DNA of 60,847 nucleotides from a virus (IMGVR_UViG_3300020042_009006:1-60847); one strand, 5' to 3'; shown: positions 27,473-38,257, numbered from the stretch's first letter. The notes: generated by a model not told the origin, from the letters alone. Program-made: numbers and translations.

Positions 27473-27781
27473 ATGAGGTCAATTGAACTACACGTAATAA
27501 ACACGGCGAGCGACGTGGACACTGCCATAAACAACGGCTTGGCTGAGCCAGAGGAACTGGACTTAGCAGAATGTGCGGCGTGCGCTGACGAGGTCGGACA
27601 GGTTGACGGACTGTTCCACGCGTTCGCATTGCTACTCGACGAACGGGACGTCCCTTGGTTCGTGTGCTACGCGTGCCTAGAAGATGCGATTGACCCTCAG
27701 CCTCTGACGGACAGCACGCTCTCATACATAGATGATGACGGAGAAGAGTTTGAGCAGTTCACCCTTAGAGATGACGAGTAG
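27473..27781 (+). CDS. Acidic hypothetical protein
   Basis: Two CxxC pairs. Confidence 0.55.
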   Translation: MRSIELHVINTASDVDTAINNGLAEPEELDLAECAACADEVGQVDGLFHAFALLLDERDVPWFVCYACLEDAIDPQPLTDSTLSYIDDDGEEFEQFTLRDDE

Positions 27782-27917
27782 AAGTTAGGGTTGCCTAACT
27801 AAACACTTCCAACGAATAGTAAGAAGTCCTGAAATACATTCCCGCTGCCAACTTCGCACGAAACTTCGCCAGCCAAAAAATGAAAAATAGTTTTCTGGAA
27901 CTCGCCAAAAAATAAAG

Positions 27918-27946
27918 TTGCGTCAAAAATAAAATCGTGCTACCTT
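27918..27946 (+). promoter_or_regulatory. SigA-type promoter; similar ones at 28598, 30333, 32412, 33977, 35723, 37169, 49070
   Basis: TTGCGT-17-TACCTT with extended -10 TG; the others are TTG(C/A)NN-16/18-T(A/T)NNNT. Confidence 0.7.
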
Positions 27947-28003
27947 TCTCTAAGCAACATTTCTTTATAGAGAGAGGACACCAAAATCCACACGATACAA
28001 CTA

Positions 28004-28567
28004 ATGCTCGTAGAGGCAGATAACGCAGTAGGGGCTTTTCAGCAAGTAGCAAGCAAACTAGACGAGGGCGAGCCACGCTGGTCTGATTGGCACGAGGCAG
28101 TAAATGACCCAAGCACTCTCAACTTTGCTGGTCGCTGGTCAGGGGAAGTTTTTATGACCCCAGAGCAACTAAAAGCAAGAGATGAAAAACAAGAAGTAGA
28201 TGTATCTGAAAATCCAAACTACCTACGCTTTTCAGACGACCCTAATCTTGCTGACGAAGTTATCCAGCGTTTCATCTCTTATCGTATGAACGAGATTGAG
28301 AGCATAAAGAAAACTCTCGCAACTGACTACGCCAGCATTGACCTAATGTCTTATCTCTATGACCCAAACAAAGAGCCAGACTTCCGAACAACAGGTATGG
28401 GTCTTTACTACATAAAGAAACTTGTATCTCTTTATGGAAACGATTGGACTTCTGATACTGCTATCTACGACTTAGAGGATTGGAACGCAAGCCTCACTAC
28501 TTTCTATAAGCGTGTCCAAAATAACCCAGAGCGTCAGTTCCTAATACCTGTTGATTTTCACCATTAG
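28004..28567 (+). CDS. Hypothetical protein (possible upstream in-frame ATC start at 27986)
   Basis: WSDW..AGRWSG and VDFH motifs; AGAGGA RBS lies 7 nt before ATC 27986. Confidence 0.7.
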   Translation: MLVEADNAVGAFQQVASKLDEGEPRWSDWHEAVNDPSTLNFAGRWSGEVFMTPEQLKARDEKQEVDVSENPNYLRFSDDPNLADEVIQRFISYRMNEIESIKKTLATDYASIDLMSYLYDPNKEPDFRTTGMGLYYIKKLVSLYGNDWTSDTAIYDLEDWNASLTTFYKRVQNNPERQFLIPVDFHH

Positions 28568-28680
28568 CGAACAAAGCAAAAAACTTTTAGAAAGTGCTTG
28601 CGAAAACTAAATAGTCGTGTAAAGTCAGATGTATTGGAAAACTCCAATGAACCAAAAACCAAGTTAGGACGAAAAACAAA

Positions 28681-29193
28681 ATGACCCCAGAGTTCGGAAC
28701 ACTAGACCCAGAAATGGCAGAGGCAGTAGCAACTGCTGAAACTATGGGTTCTAGCAACGCACCAAAGGTTGTAGGAAAAGGTATCTACCTAGAACTACAC
28801 ACAGCAGACGAGATGAACACCACCCAAGTTCTGATTACCCCAGAGGGTATTGACGAAAAGGGTAAGGCAGTATCTATGGCTATTATCTATCGCACCATTT
28901 CAGAGTGGTCGCCTCGCAGACAATGGCGAGTAAACTTTGTGCGACCAAAGGCAGAGAAGTCTGCCCCAGAGAACACAACTGAAATGTTGGCAGAAGTAGT
29001 GAAGTTCTTAGAGCGTCAGATGATGTATTCTGCTGACCTAACACTACGCAACAACACTCCTATCGTTTTTGAGGTAAGCAACATTGACCTCGCAGATGTA
29101 GCAGAGTGGAAAGCACCAGCACCAGCCCTACGCAGACTTGCCAAAGCAAGAACAGCAGTAGGTTTCCCAACCGAGTTTTACAAGAACCACTAA
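28681..29193 (+). CDS. Hypothetical protein
   Basis: Own promoter and AGGACGAA RBS. Confidence 0.7.
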   Translation: MTPEFGTLDPEMAEAVATAETMGSSNAPKVVGKGIYLELHTADEMNTTQVLITPEGIDEKGKAVSMAIIYRTISEWSPRRQWRVNFVRPKAEKSAPENTTEMLAEVVKFLERQMMYSADLTLRNNTPIVFEVSNIDLADVAEWKAPAPALRRLAKARTAVGFPTEFYKNH

Positions 29194-29219
29194 GTCATAA
29201 GAGAGGACGAATAACTAAA

Positions 29220-30230
29220 ATGACTACAACAACTGAAACAACAGCAACCAGCAAACTACACGCTGACCTTGATGAACTAATCAAGGGTGTAGTTCTACAC
29301 AGCACTAAGACAGAGGCTATCCCTGCTATTATGGAAACGCTAATGCCTATCGCTGGTCGTGCGAACCTGCGAGCAAAAGCAGGAACAGCAAAACCAAAGA
29401 CAGCAAAGGCGACCAAAGTGGTAGAACCTATGATTGGCGAGAGCCAATACCTGCGTCCAAATGGACAGGCTTACTATTCTCGTATGTGGGGCGAACACTC
29501 CGACATTGAGGTTCTAAGAACTGCGAGAGCAAACAAGAAGTTCATTTTGCTCTATGGAAGTCCGGGCTGTGGTAAGACAGCACTTGTTGAGGGTGCGTTC
29601 CCAGACGAACTTTACACCTTGCTTGGAACAGGCGACACCGAAGTTTCAGACTTCGTAGGTGGCTACATACAGACACCGAGTGGTGGCTTTGAGTGGGTGG
29701 ACGGAGTTCTGACCAAAGCAGTAGCAGAGGGCAAGGTTCTCTTGATTGACGAAGTTGGTCTGATTGACCCAAAGGTTATGTCTATCGTTTATGGTCTTAT
29801 GGACGGACGAGATGAACTAACTATTTCGTCTAACCCAGAGCGTGGCGTAGTAAAAGCCCAAGAGGGTTTTTATGTAATCTGTGCTACCAACCCGAACGCT
29901 CACGGAGTGCGTCTATCAGAGGCACTTCTATCTCGTTGCCTAATCCAAGCAGAAATGACTACTGATTGGACGCTTGCTAAGAAGTTGGGCGTTCCAGCAC
30001 CAGCAGTTTCAGCAGGTATGAACCTCGCTAAGAAACAACTAGCAGGTGAAGTATCTTGGTCGCCTCAAATGCGAGAACTCCTAGCGTTCCGTGATGTATC
30101 AGAACTCTTTGGTATGAAGTGGGCGATTGGAAACTTGCTTGCGTCAGCACCAGAGATTGACCGAGTTGTGGTCGCTGATGTATTCCGTAGAGTGTTCGGT
30201 GATGATGATTGCCGACCAGCAAAGATTTAG
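29220..30230 (+). CDS. MoxR/CbbQ-NorQ-like AAA+ ATPase
   Basis: GSPGCGKT Walker A, LLIDE Walker B, ATNP, ALLSR. Confidence 0.9.
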   Translation: MTTTTETTATSKLHADLDELIKGVVLHSTKTEAIPAIMETLMPIAGRANLRAKAGTAKPKTAKATKVVEPMIGESQYLRPNGQAYYSRMWGEHSDIEVLRTARANKKFILLYGSPGCGKTALVEGAFPDELYTLLGTGDTEVSDFVGGYIQTPSGGFEWVDGVLTKAVAEGKVLLIDEVGLIDPKVMSIVYGLMDGRDELTISSNPERGVVKAQEGFYVICATNPNAHGVRLSEALLSRCLIQAEMTTDWTLAKKLGVPAPAVSAGMNLAKKQLAGEVSWSPQMRELLAFRDVSELFGMKWAIGNLLASAPEIDRVVVADVFRRVFGDDDCRPAKI

Positions 30231-30393
30231 TGGTTCGTCCTACTAAATCGGGGAGTGCCGAGTTTCCCCACTTGGCACTCCCCACCCTAAAAACTTCATA
30301 AAAACTATTTTTCATTTTTGCTAGAAATGAACTTGCGTAGAAAATAAATCTGTGCTTTACTTATCTTGTTAGCCTAACGAAAGGACAAAACAA

Positions 30394-32220
30394 ATGGCTC
30401 ACTATGTATCACGACTAGACACACGCACCAGCACTACTCCCCCAGAGTGGTTGGCTACTTGCTCACAGATTGGGCAGGTTGTAAATGCTTGGGCAGGTCG
30501 CCACGACCTAGTTGTTTATGCTGGCTCTGACGCTGGCTATGGACATACTGCTTGCTTTATCAAATCGTCTGCTGAAATAGAAATCAACATACCTATCGCT
30601 TTTGGCGAGTGGGCAACCCCAGCGTTCGTTGGCGATTTCACAGACAGAGCCACGCAGTTTGATTGGGCTAATGCCACAGGCGTTATCTACCACGAGGCTT
30701 TACACGCTCGCTATTCAGAGTGGGACATTGAGGCATTAGAGGCTATGCCAGAACAAGTGTTCTCTGTGTTCTCTGTATTGGACGAGGCTCGCATTGAGCG
30801 TTATGGCGTAATCGCTATGCCAGAGAACCAGCCCCTACTAAGAGCGTCTGCTATGAACCTTGCTCTGGGCGACCTTGATGATAAGGCTATTGCTGAAATG
30901 TCTGATGTTCGTCAGGTTGCGTTTGTCTGTGCTTTGGCTATGGCGAGAGTGGACGCTGGCGTTCTAAAACTCTCTGATGTTCGTGCGACCTACGACAAAG
31001 TGATTGAGGTCATTGGTCAGGAACTCTTTGATAACCTACGCTCTATCTGGGTTGAGTTCCAGAAACTACGCACTAGCGAAGTTGAGCGTGGTCGTGAACT
31101 TGCTGAAAAGTGGTTGGCACTTCTAAACGAGGCTGACCCACAACCAGAGGGGGGCTGTGAGTTCCCTAGTGGTGAGGGTGAGGGTGAGGGTGAGGGCGAA
31201 CCAGACCCAACCAAGTCAGGCAAAGGCAAAGGCAAGTTCCTCAAAGAACTCAAAGACGCTATGAACGAGGACGCAGACAACTCTGCTACTGATGTTGAGC
31301 AGAGCCTACAAGACCAGCAGGGCAAAGAGGAACAGCAGAAAGAACTCAAAGAGCGTGGCTCAAAGAGCGAGCGTCAGGCTAAGGCTAAGAAAGAGGCTGG
31401 CAAAGTTTTCTCTAACTCGTCAAGTGGTGGAACAGGAACTACCTACTCCACGCTACAAGAACAGCGTTCGCCAAAAGGCAACGAACGAGCAAGTGCTGTT
31501 CGCCTAGCCCAGATGTTGGACAAGGCAAAGTATCGTGAGCGTTCTATCACCGAAGTCAAGAGCGTTCTGCCACAAGGTCGTCTGAAAACTCGTATCGCTA
31601 TTCAGAACTCGGCTATGAAGTCAAAGGGTATTCACTCGGAACTTCCAGCGTGGCGACACACTAAGCGTAAGCATACTGACGACCCAACTCTCTCTATCGG
31701 AGTAATGGTGGACATTTCAGGTTCTATGTCGTCTGCTATGGAAAGTATGGCTACTACTGCTTGGGTTCTATCAGAGGCAGGTCGCAGAGTTCAGGCGAGA
31801 ACTGCTATGGTCTATTTTGGTCAAGATGTATTCGCAACTCTCAAAGTTGGTCAGAAGTTGGAACAGGTTTCGGTATGGTCAGCACCAGACGGAACGGAAG
31901 TTTTTGGTCGTGCCTTTGACGCTTTGGACGGACACCTAAACCTCGTCTATGGCGAGGGAGTGAAGTTGCTGGTCATTGTGTCGGACGGACACTACACAGG
32001 CAACGAAACACAGAACGCCAAAAACGCTATCAAGATGTGTGCCGATAATGGCGTGGCTGTTCTCTGGCTCGCACCGAACACAGGTTGGTCTGGTTCTATG
32101 GGTGGAACGATTGTCGGTCAGAACGGAGTGGTCGTAGAGAACCTAGATGTGAACGAGATTGCTAATGTGATTGGTAAGTCTGCGACCAACGCTCTACTGA
32201 AAGTTGCGTCTGGTATGTAA
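30394..32220 (+). CDS. vWA-domain partner protein (CobT-like) with N-terminal HEXXH
   Basis: YHEALH, EARIE, acidic GEGE linker, VDISGSM MIDAS, VSDG. Confidence 0.85.
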   Translation: MAHYVSRLDTRTSTTPPEWLATCSQIGQVVNAWAGRHDLVVYAGSDAGYGHTACFIKSSAEIEINIPIAFGEWATPAFVGDFTDRATQFDWANATGVIYHEALHARYSEWDIEALEAMPEQVFSVFSVLDEARIERYGVIAMPENQPLLRASAMNLALGDLDDKAIAEMSDVRQVAFVCALAMARVDAGVLKLSDVRATYDKVIEVIGQELFDNLRSIWVEFQKLRTSEVERGRELAEKWLALLNEADPQPEGGCEFPSGEGEGEGEGEPDPTKSGKGKGKFLKELKDAMNEDADNSATDVEQSLQDQQGKEEQQKELKERGSKSERQAKAKKEAGKVFSNSSSGGTGTTYSTLQEQRSPKGNERASAVRLAQMLDKAKYRERSITEVKSVLPQGRLKTRIAIQNSAMKSKGIHSELPAWRHTKRKHTDDPTLSIGVMVDISGSMSSAMESMATTAWVLSEAGRRVQARTAMVYFGQDVFATLKVGQKLEQVSVWSAPDGTEVFGRAFDALDGHLNLVYGEGVKLLVIVSDGHYTGNETQNAKNAIKMCADNGVAVLWLAPNTGWSGSMGGTIVGQNGVVVENLDVNEIANVIGKSATNALLKVASGM

Positions 32221-32473
32221 AAGAACTCCGTTAGCAGATTGAGCAACTGCCCCCCAACTCTCGCTCTCTGCTAACGGACTAGAACCCCCGATACTTTTTA
32301 TTGTCCTTTCTTGTATCGGGGGTTCGCCTTTATCTGGGTTAGGTTTTCTGGAAACTATTTTTCATTTTTACAAGAGAGATTAGACACACCGAAAAAAGTT
32401 TTGATTAGGTATTGCGTATTCGTGAAAAGTGTGCTTTACTCTTACTAAGCACAAACGAAAGGACGAAACCAAA

Positions 32474-32755
32474 ATGTGTGAAACTTGCGAACAGAACATA
32501 GACGAGGCAGACGACCGAGAACTGCTACTTCTATCGCTGGCTATGATTGGTGGCTTAGTTGAGAACTATGTTGAGGAAGGCTACTGCGACCCTGTGATGT
32601 ATAAGGCTGTGAAGTTGGCAGAGCGTATCACCCTCAAACTAGGGATTGCTGAAATCACCGAGAAGTTTACTTTCCTGAAAATCCAAGCAGGGGAAATCAT
32701 TGAGGCAACTATTGAGCGTGAGGGTCTTGACCTCAAACGAGAGGATTGGTCATAA
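32474..32755 (+). CDS. Hypothetical protein
   Basis: GAAAGGAC RBS. Confidence 0.65.
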   Translation: MCETCEQNIDEADDRELLLLSLAMIGGLVENYVEEGYCDPVMYKAVKLAERITLKLGIAEITEKFTFLKIQAGEIIEATIEREGLDLKREDWS

Positions 32756-33558
32756 TGCCAAATTGGGTTTACAACAGCGTTTCTGTGTATGGAACAAAAG
32801 AAACTATTGAGGCGTTCTACGAAAAGGCGATTGCCCCACACCCTGAAACTTTTGACGCTGAAACTAAAAAGGTTGTCTATACAGACAAGCCAGAGTTCTC
32901 GTTTTGGAACTTTGTTTCCCCACCACAAGACGCAGTAGAGAGTGGCGAATACTTTGGCACTCACGGCTGGGCTGACGGCGAGAAAAAGGGTGATACCCCT
33001 GTGAATTGGTATAATTGGAACAACGATAATTGGAACACCAAGTGGGACGCTTGTGATGTTTATGGCGAAACAACTATCAACAAAGACGGAACTGCTGAAC
33101 TAAGCATTTCTTACAACACGGCTTGGTCTATTCCCGAACCTGTTATGACGGCTATGGTTGAGCAACACCCAGAACTAACTTTCCATTTTTCGTGTGAAGA
33201 AGAACAGGGTTGGGGTGCTGACTATTCAGGCACGGACGGCGAGTTGGTGGAAACCAAATCTTGGGACATACCCGACAGCCACTCCGACTATGTAGAGCGT
33301 GATAATGAGGACGGCTGTATCTGCTCTCACTATGACGACGAGGACGATTGGTATGCCGATTGCCCAAGAGAAACCAAAGAGTTCTTTGTAGAGATTACAC
33401 GGACTTACAAAGTCATAGCCAAAGACGCTGAACAGGCGTGGGAACTAGCAAACGATACTGCTGACGGCTTGGAACTACAAACGGACGAAACTACCTGCGT
33501 GGTCAAGAACGAGAACGGACAGCGTTTGTATCCGATAGCAGAGAACGGCGTGGAGTGA
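32755..33558 (+). CDS. DUF1281/YubB ferredoxin-like domain protein
   Basis: MPNW, WYNWN..NWNTKWDA, TAWSIP. Confidence 0.75.
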   Translation: MPNWVYNSVSVYGTKETIEAFYEKAIAPHPETFDAETKKVVYTDKPEFSFWNFVSPPQDAVESGEYFGTHGWADGEKKGDTPVNWYNWNNDNWNTKWDACDVYGETTINKDGTAELSISYNTAWSIPEPVMTAMVEQHPELTFHFSCEEEQGWGADYSGTDGELVETKSWDIPDSHSDYVERDNEDGCICSHYDDEDDWYADCPRETKEFFVEITRTYKVIAKDAEQAWELANDTADGLELQTDETTCVVKNENGQRLYPIAENGVE

Positions 33559-33761
33559 TGAGCGAACAGGTGATACGGATACGGCTTGGTCATACAAGCG
33601 ACCCCTACACAGAACTAACGAACGGCTCGCTTGGAACGAAGTTGGGTGAACGCATTGACCCCTACGGAGATTTGATTGTTCGTGTGAAGTGGGACAATGG
33701 TTCGTCTATGAGCCTGATTGACGGACACGATAGTTGGACGGAGTTCGTGGAAAATGATTAG
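33555..33761 (+). CDS. DUF4314-like protein
   Basis: DPY..G..GT..D..V.WDNGSSMSL..D. Confidence 0.6.
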   Translation: MMSEQVIRIRLGHTSDPYTELTNGSLGTKLGERIDPYGDLIVRVKWDNGSSMSLIDGHDSWTEFVEND

Positions 33762-34051
33762 CACCAAGACGGGGAATACCCTGCTGGAAACGGAACTTGA
33801 TTGCCGAGAGTGTGGTGCGATAGTCGTGGACTTCTATGAGGTTGAGGGAGTTTCAGACGGACGAGGATACATAAGTTGTTATGAGTGTGGAGAGATAGCC
33901 GAAGTTGAGATTGAGTGAAGTATTTTTCATTTTTACAAGTGAGATAAAAAAAAATAAAAAAACTTGTGAAATGAACTTGACTTATCAGAACTACCTGTGC
34001 TTTACTTATAGAGCAACACACCCAACGACAATCTAACGAAAGGCAAGTCCA

Positions 34052-34423
34052 ATGGGAAACGCAACTAAGAACCAAAGCACCACCACTATCAGCACCACAA
34101 CTCCAAATGTGGTAGTCCTGAAACCAGCACTCCAAAAGCAAGTAAAGAACTTGCGTGATGGGCGTGATTTAGGCAAGCAAGCAAAAGAGATGAGCGAGAA
34201 CGCTCGTCAGGCTCTACTTGACGCACTTGGCTCAATCGCCTCTGACCTTGTTGGAACTGACGCTAAGGGTAAGCGTCTGATTGCTGTAAAGGTAATCCCC
34301 TCGTCCGAAAAGATTGACTTTGAGCGTATGGCAGTAGAGAACCCAGAACTCTACGAACTTGTCCAGACCTACAAAGTCGCCAAAGGTGCTGGTCAGCCTA
34401 CTCTGCGAGTAGATGTTCTCTGA
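34052..34423 (+). CDS. Hypothetical protein, paralog family A
   Basis: IDFERMAVENPELYE, similar to 41762 and 46936. Confidence 0.7.
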   Translation: MGNATKNQSTTTISTTTPNVVVLKPALQKQVKNLRDGRDLGKQAKEMSENARQALLDALGSIASDLVGTDAKGKRLIAVKVIPSSEKIDFERMAVENPELYELVQTYKVAKGAGQPTLRVDVL

Positions 34424-34609
34424 CCAGAACTAGCAACACCCCTATAACTAAATAATCCCCTTTCCGAATAACGCTGGCAGACTTCCTATCGTTTGCCAGC
34501 GTTATTTTTTATCTGGCGATTGGGAAAACTATTTTTCATTTTTACAAGAGAAATAAAAAACACACGAGCCTACTTGTGCGAAGTTGCTTATACCTGTATA
34601 GTCGCTTGT

Positions 34610-35074
34610 ATGAATACAACTTTACTTTTTATCCCCATTGTCTATCTACTAGCAGTTAGCCTACCTATCGTTTTCGCTGACCTGCGTGTAGCACGAGTGC
34701 CTAACAAATACACTCTCCCTGCTCTCTACCTGTGGCTAATCTGTTCTACCACCTACGCTGTTCTATCTGGCGAGTGGCTTTGGTCGCTTGTGCTACCTAT
34801 CATCTTTGGAATAGCGACTTTGCTTGTTGGAGTTTATTTCTCTGGCAAGGGAACTCTGGGTATGGGTGATGTGAAGTTGCTCGTCTTTATGGGTCTATCT
34901 CTATCTTGGAAGTCTGCTTGGGTCTGGTTGCTACTCCCTGCTGGCTCGTTGCTAATCGCATTTGGGATTTTTCTTTTCTACTACTTCACACGAACAAACA
35001 AACTTTCCATAAGACTTGCCCCTGCTATCTACTTCGTGTATCTTATTCTTACAGCAACACTATTTCTGAACTGA
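34610..35074 (+). CDS. Prepilin peptidase (A24 family)
   Basis: Multi-TM; ADLR..RVPN and GMGDVKL aspartate motifs. Confidence 0.85.
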   Translation: MNTTLLFIPIVYLLAVSLPIVFADLRVARVPNKYTLPALYLWLICSTTYAVLSGEWLWSLVLPIIFGIATLLVGVYFSGKGTLGMGDVKLLVFMGLSLSWKSAWVWLLLPAGSLLIAFGIFLFYYFTRTNKLSIRLAPAIYFVYLILTATLFLN

Positions 35075-35088
35075 AAGGACAACTGAAA

Positions 35089-35379
35089 ATGCTAATGCGA
35101 CACGCACTCGGCGAGGTCTTACGAGAACTCCGAAACGAACAGGGTCTAACCCTGCGACAAACTGCTAAGACTTCTTGTATGGCTCTTGGCTACCTCTCTG
35201 AAATAGAACGAGGACACAAGGAAGTTTCGTCCGAAGTCTTGGACAACTTGGCTCGTGGGCTTGGATACGAAACACACGAGGTAATCATCTTGGCTGGATA
35301 CCGACTAGGTGGCTTGGACAGAGTGCCGAACACACCGAGAGAACTTATTGAGCAATACACCGACTTAGTGGCTCGCTAA
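35089..35379 (+). CDS. ClgR-like XRE HTH regulator
   Basis: LGEVLR..R..QG.TLR..LGYLSEIERG.KEVSSE. Confidence 0.8.
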   Translation: MLMRHALGEVLRELRNEQGLTLRQTAKTSCMALGYLSEIERGHKEVSSEVLDNLARGLGYETHEVIILAGYRLGGLDRVPNTPRELIEQYTDLVAR

Positions 35380-35406
35380 GAACACCGAGAGAATAGGAAC
35401 GAACCA

Positions 35407-35613
35407 ATGAACGAACTAAGACTATTGACCAGAACCGAACACGAACACCTAGCCGACTTGGTATTCCAAGAACTACGCAAAGCAACTCACGAGGACACTA
35501 AGCGTATGTGGTTATCTATCGGGGACAAGATTGACGCACAGGTAATCCGAGAGGGATACTCCAACGCTGACGGACGAGAGAACGAAGAACCAGAGATAGA
35601 CCCGACACCATAA
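35407..35613 (+). CDS. Hypothetical protein
   Basis: ATAGGAA RBS. Confidence 0.6.
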   Translation: MNELRLLTRTEHEHLADLVFQELRKATHEDTKRMWLSIGDKIDAQVIREGYSNADGRENEEPEIDPTP

Positions 35614-35788
35614 TCTTTATTCGGTAGCCCGACCCTCTGGGTCGGGTTATCTTTTTGTCGGCTCGGTCTGGAAACTATTTTTCATTTTTACAAGTGGAGT
35701 AAAAAATAATCACCGACCCTACTTGCGAAAACTTCTAATGTTGGTATTCTTATCTCACGACAAAAACCTACTGAAAGGAAAAAATCAA

Positions 35789-36307
35789 ATGGGTATGGAT
35801 GTCTATGGAAAAAACGCCGTCAATCAAACGGGCGAGTATTTTCGCCGTAATGTTTGGGGCTGGCGACCACTCTGGGATTACTGCCTAGACCAACACGGCG
35901 AACTTGCCGGCAAGGTAGAACACGGACACAGCAACGACGGCGACGGGCTTGACGGCGAGGACAGCGTAGCATTGGCTCGCCTCATAAAGACGGCTATCGC
36001 TGACGGCTCGGCGAGTGCCTACATTGAGAAACGCAACGGATACCTCGCAGGCTTGGAACGACCTGCTTGCGAACTCTGCGAGGGAACGGGTATTCGCTCT
36101 GACCAAGTTGGAGTAGAGAACGGAATGCCTGACCGAGAGTTGCCTGACGAGATGAAAATGCTCACGGGTCGCTCGCACGGGTTCTGTAATGCTTGCTCTG
36201 GTGAGGGTAAGCGAGATGCTTGGGAAACTAACTACTTCCTTGACCTTGACGACCTTGCCGAGTTTGCCGAGTTTTTGGAAAACTCTGGTGGGTTCTCAAT
36301 CTGTTAG
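35789..36307 (+). CDS. Hypothetical protein with DnaJ-like CxxCxGxG repeats
   Basis: MGMDVYG, FRRNVWGWRPLW, CELCEGTG, CNACSGEG. Confidence 0.7.
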   Translation: MGMDVYGKNAVNQTGEYFRRNVWGWRPLWDYCLDQHGELAGKVEHGHSNDGDGLDGEDSVALARLIKTAIADGSASAYIEKRNGYLAGLERPACELCEGTGIRSDQVGVENGMPDRELPDEMKMLTGRSHGFCNACSGEGKRDAWETNYFLDLDDLAEFAEFLENSGGFSIC

Positions 36308-36483
36308 ACCATTTCCTATCAACAGGAAAACACCTGAGCAAGTGTCTAAACTGCTCAACTTTTTTGTCTCTCGGTTTAGGAAACATTTTTCATTTTTACA
36401 AGTGAGATAGAAAATAAACTTGCTGATGTCTGTGGTTGTGATTAGTATGAACTTACATAACAAATAACGATTGGAGAAAAGTT

Positions 36484-37040
36484 ATGAGCGACAACTATCC
36501 AGATGGCTCAATGATGGGTTCTGGTATCTATGCCAAAGAAGTTTCGTATGACGAGTTTGAGTGCGAAAACGAGGAGTGCCTAAAAGAAAATGGTGCTGGG
36601 GAAACTACAACTGACGATTGGGGAAACTACACGATTGAGTGTGAGTTTTGTGGTGCTACCTATCGTGAGAGCAGTATCGCTGACGACAGAGATGATTACT
36701 ACGCAGACCAAGACGACAGAGATGAGTATTACGACTAATGGAATACGACCTATACTCACCTGAACGAAACTTCTCTGCTATTCCTGACCTGAAACTTGTA
36801 AAGATTTCTGGTGATGATAGAGATAGAAGTATCCATTTCCTTTGGCGAGGCGAGGCTCAATGGCTCGCTATGAGCAAGGACAACCACTATGACGATAACT
36901 GCTGGCTGGTAGTCAAGACAGACTACACAGACGAGTTTCAGGAGTTTCTTGACGAGGAACTTGGTGGCTACGATAGCCTAGAAAGCACCTTTGAGTTGGC
37001 TGACCTTATTCCCCTTGATTACGAACTTGTTTTTGTCTAA
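36484..37040 (+). CDS. Two coupled acidic hypothetical ORFs (36484-36738, 36738-37040)
   Basis: One cassette; TAATG coupling. Confidence 0.6.
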
Positions 37041-37230
37041 GTAATCTCAACACGATTTCCCCCTTGCTCGCACAAGCAGGGGGGATTTTTTTGGTGAAAA
37101 GATTGTGTGGGCATTTTTCATTTTTACAAGTGAGATAAAAACAACACACCGAAATAATCAAAATGAACTTGACGAGAGTTTGTGAATTGCTATACTGAAA
37201 CTCCACCTAGATAGAGAGGACACTAGAAAA

Positions 37231-38042
37231 GTGGAACTTACCAACAAAGAAGCAGAGCGTATCAAACTTATTTACAACCAATACCACGCTGGCGTAATCA
37301 CACCAGAGCAAGCACTAGACGAACTAGAACTTGTAATCAACGAGGAGAACTAAAATGGGAAGACAACTAGCATTAGACATAGCCAACACCGACTTATCAT
37401 TAGAGCGACAAGTGGCGTGGCACTTACAGGGCAACCACTATCCACCTATTCCATTGGTAATGGTAGAGATTTGCGTTGAGGCTATTCAGTTAGCACGGCT
37501 CGGCTATTACACGGCAGAAGTAAAGTTGCCACTCGGCGAGAGCAAAGACGGCGAGCCGTTCCAGATTACTTGGCACGGACAAGACACCGCACCCGTATCG
37601 GCTATCGTTGAGAGCCACCACCTAGACGCATTTATCCAAGACGGCGAGGACTAAAATGGGAGACCGCTCATACATACAAGTTGAGAGCAACCGCTTTGCC
37701 TCACCGATAGTTTTTTACGGACATTGGTCAGGCACGGATAACCTCACGGCAGTAAAAAATGTTCTGGCTCGCACGGCTCGCATTGGAGACCCGTCTTACC
37801 TAACCGCTCAACTATTTCACGGGTTCGCTATGGAACTCGGCGAGTATGACGGCTCGCTAGGGTTCGGGATAGAGAGCGGACACCTAACGGGTGGAGAGTG
37901 GAGCGACAATCCTATCGTGGTCGTCAATGCCGATACAGGAGAGTATGCCTACGACGGAGAGGTATTTAGCGAGTTTGTGTCGCCCGTAGCCGATAAAGCG
38001 TTGCTGTGGAGTAAGACGGGAACGGAAACTGCCAACACATAA
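37231..38042 (+). CDS. Three hypothetical ORFs (37231-37353 not in track, 37355-37654, 37656-38042)
   Basis: One cassette; GAGGA RBS for each. Confidence 0.6.
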
Positions 38043-38257
38043 GCCCTAGTCGCTTGTCCCCTATCCAAGCCGACTAGATAAGAGAGCAGGTCAGTTAGTA
38101 AAGTCCCCCTTTACTAACTGCCTGTTTTTTTTTGTTGGTTGGAAGTTTTGGAAACAATTTTTCATTTTTACAAGAGAGATAGAACTAATGGGAAAAAGTT
38201 GAGAGTTTTAGGGTTAGTATTTATGTAGCAACAACAACTAACGAGATAGGAACTCAA

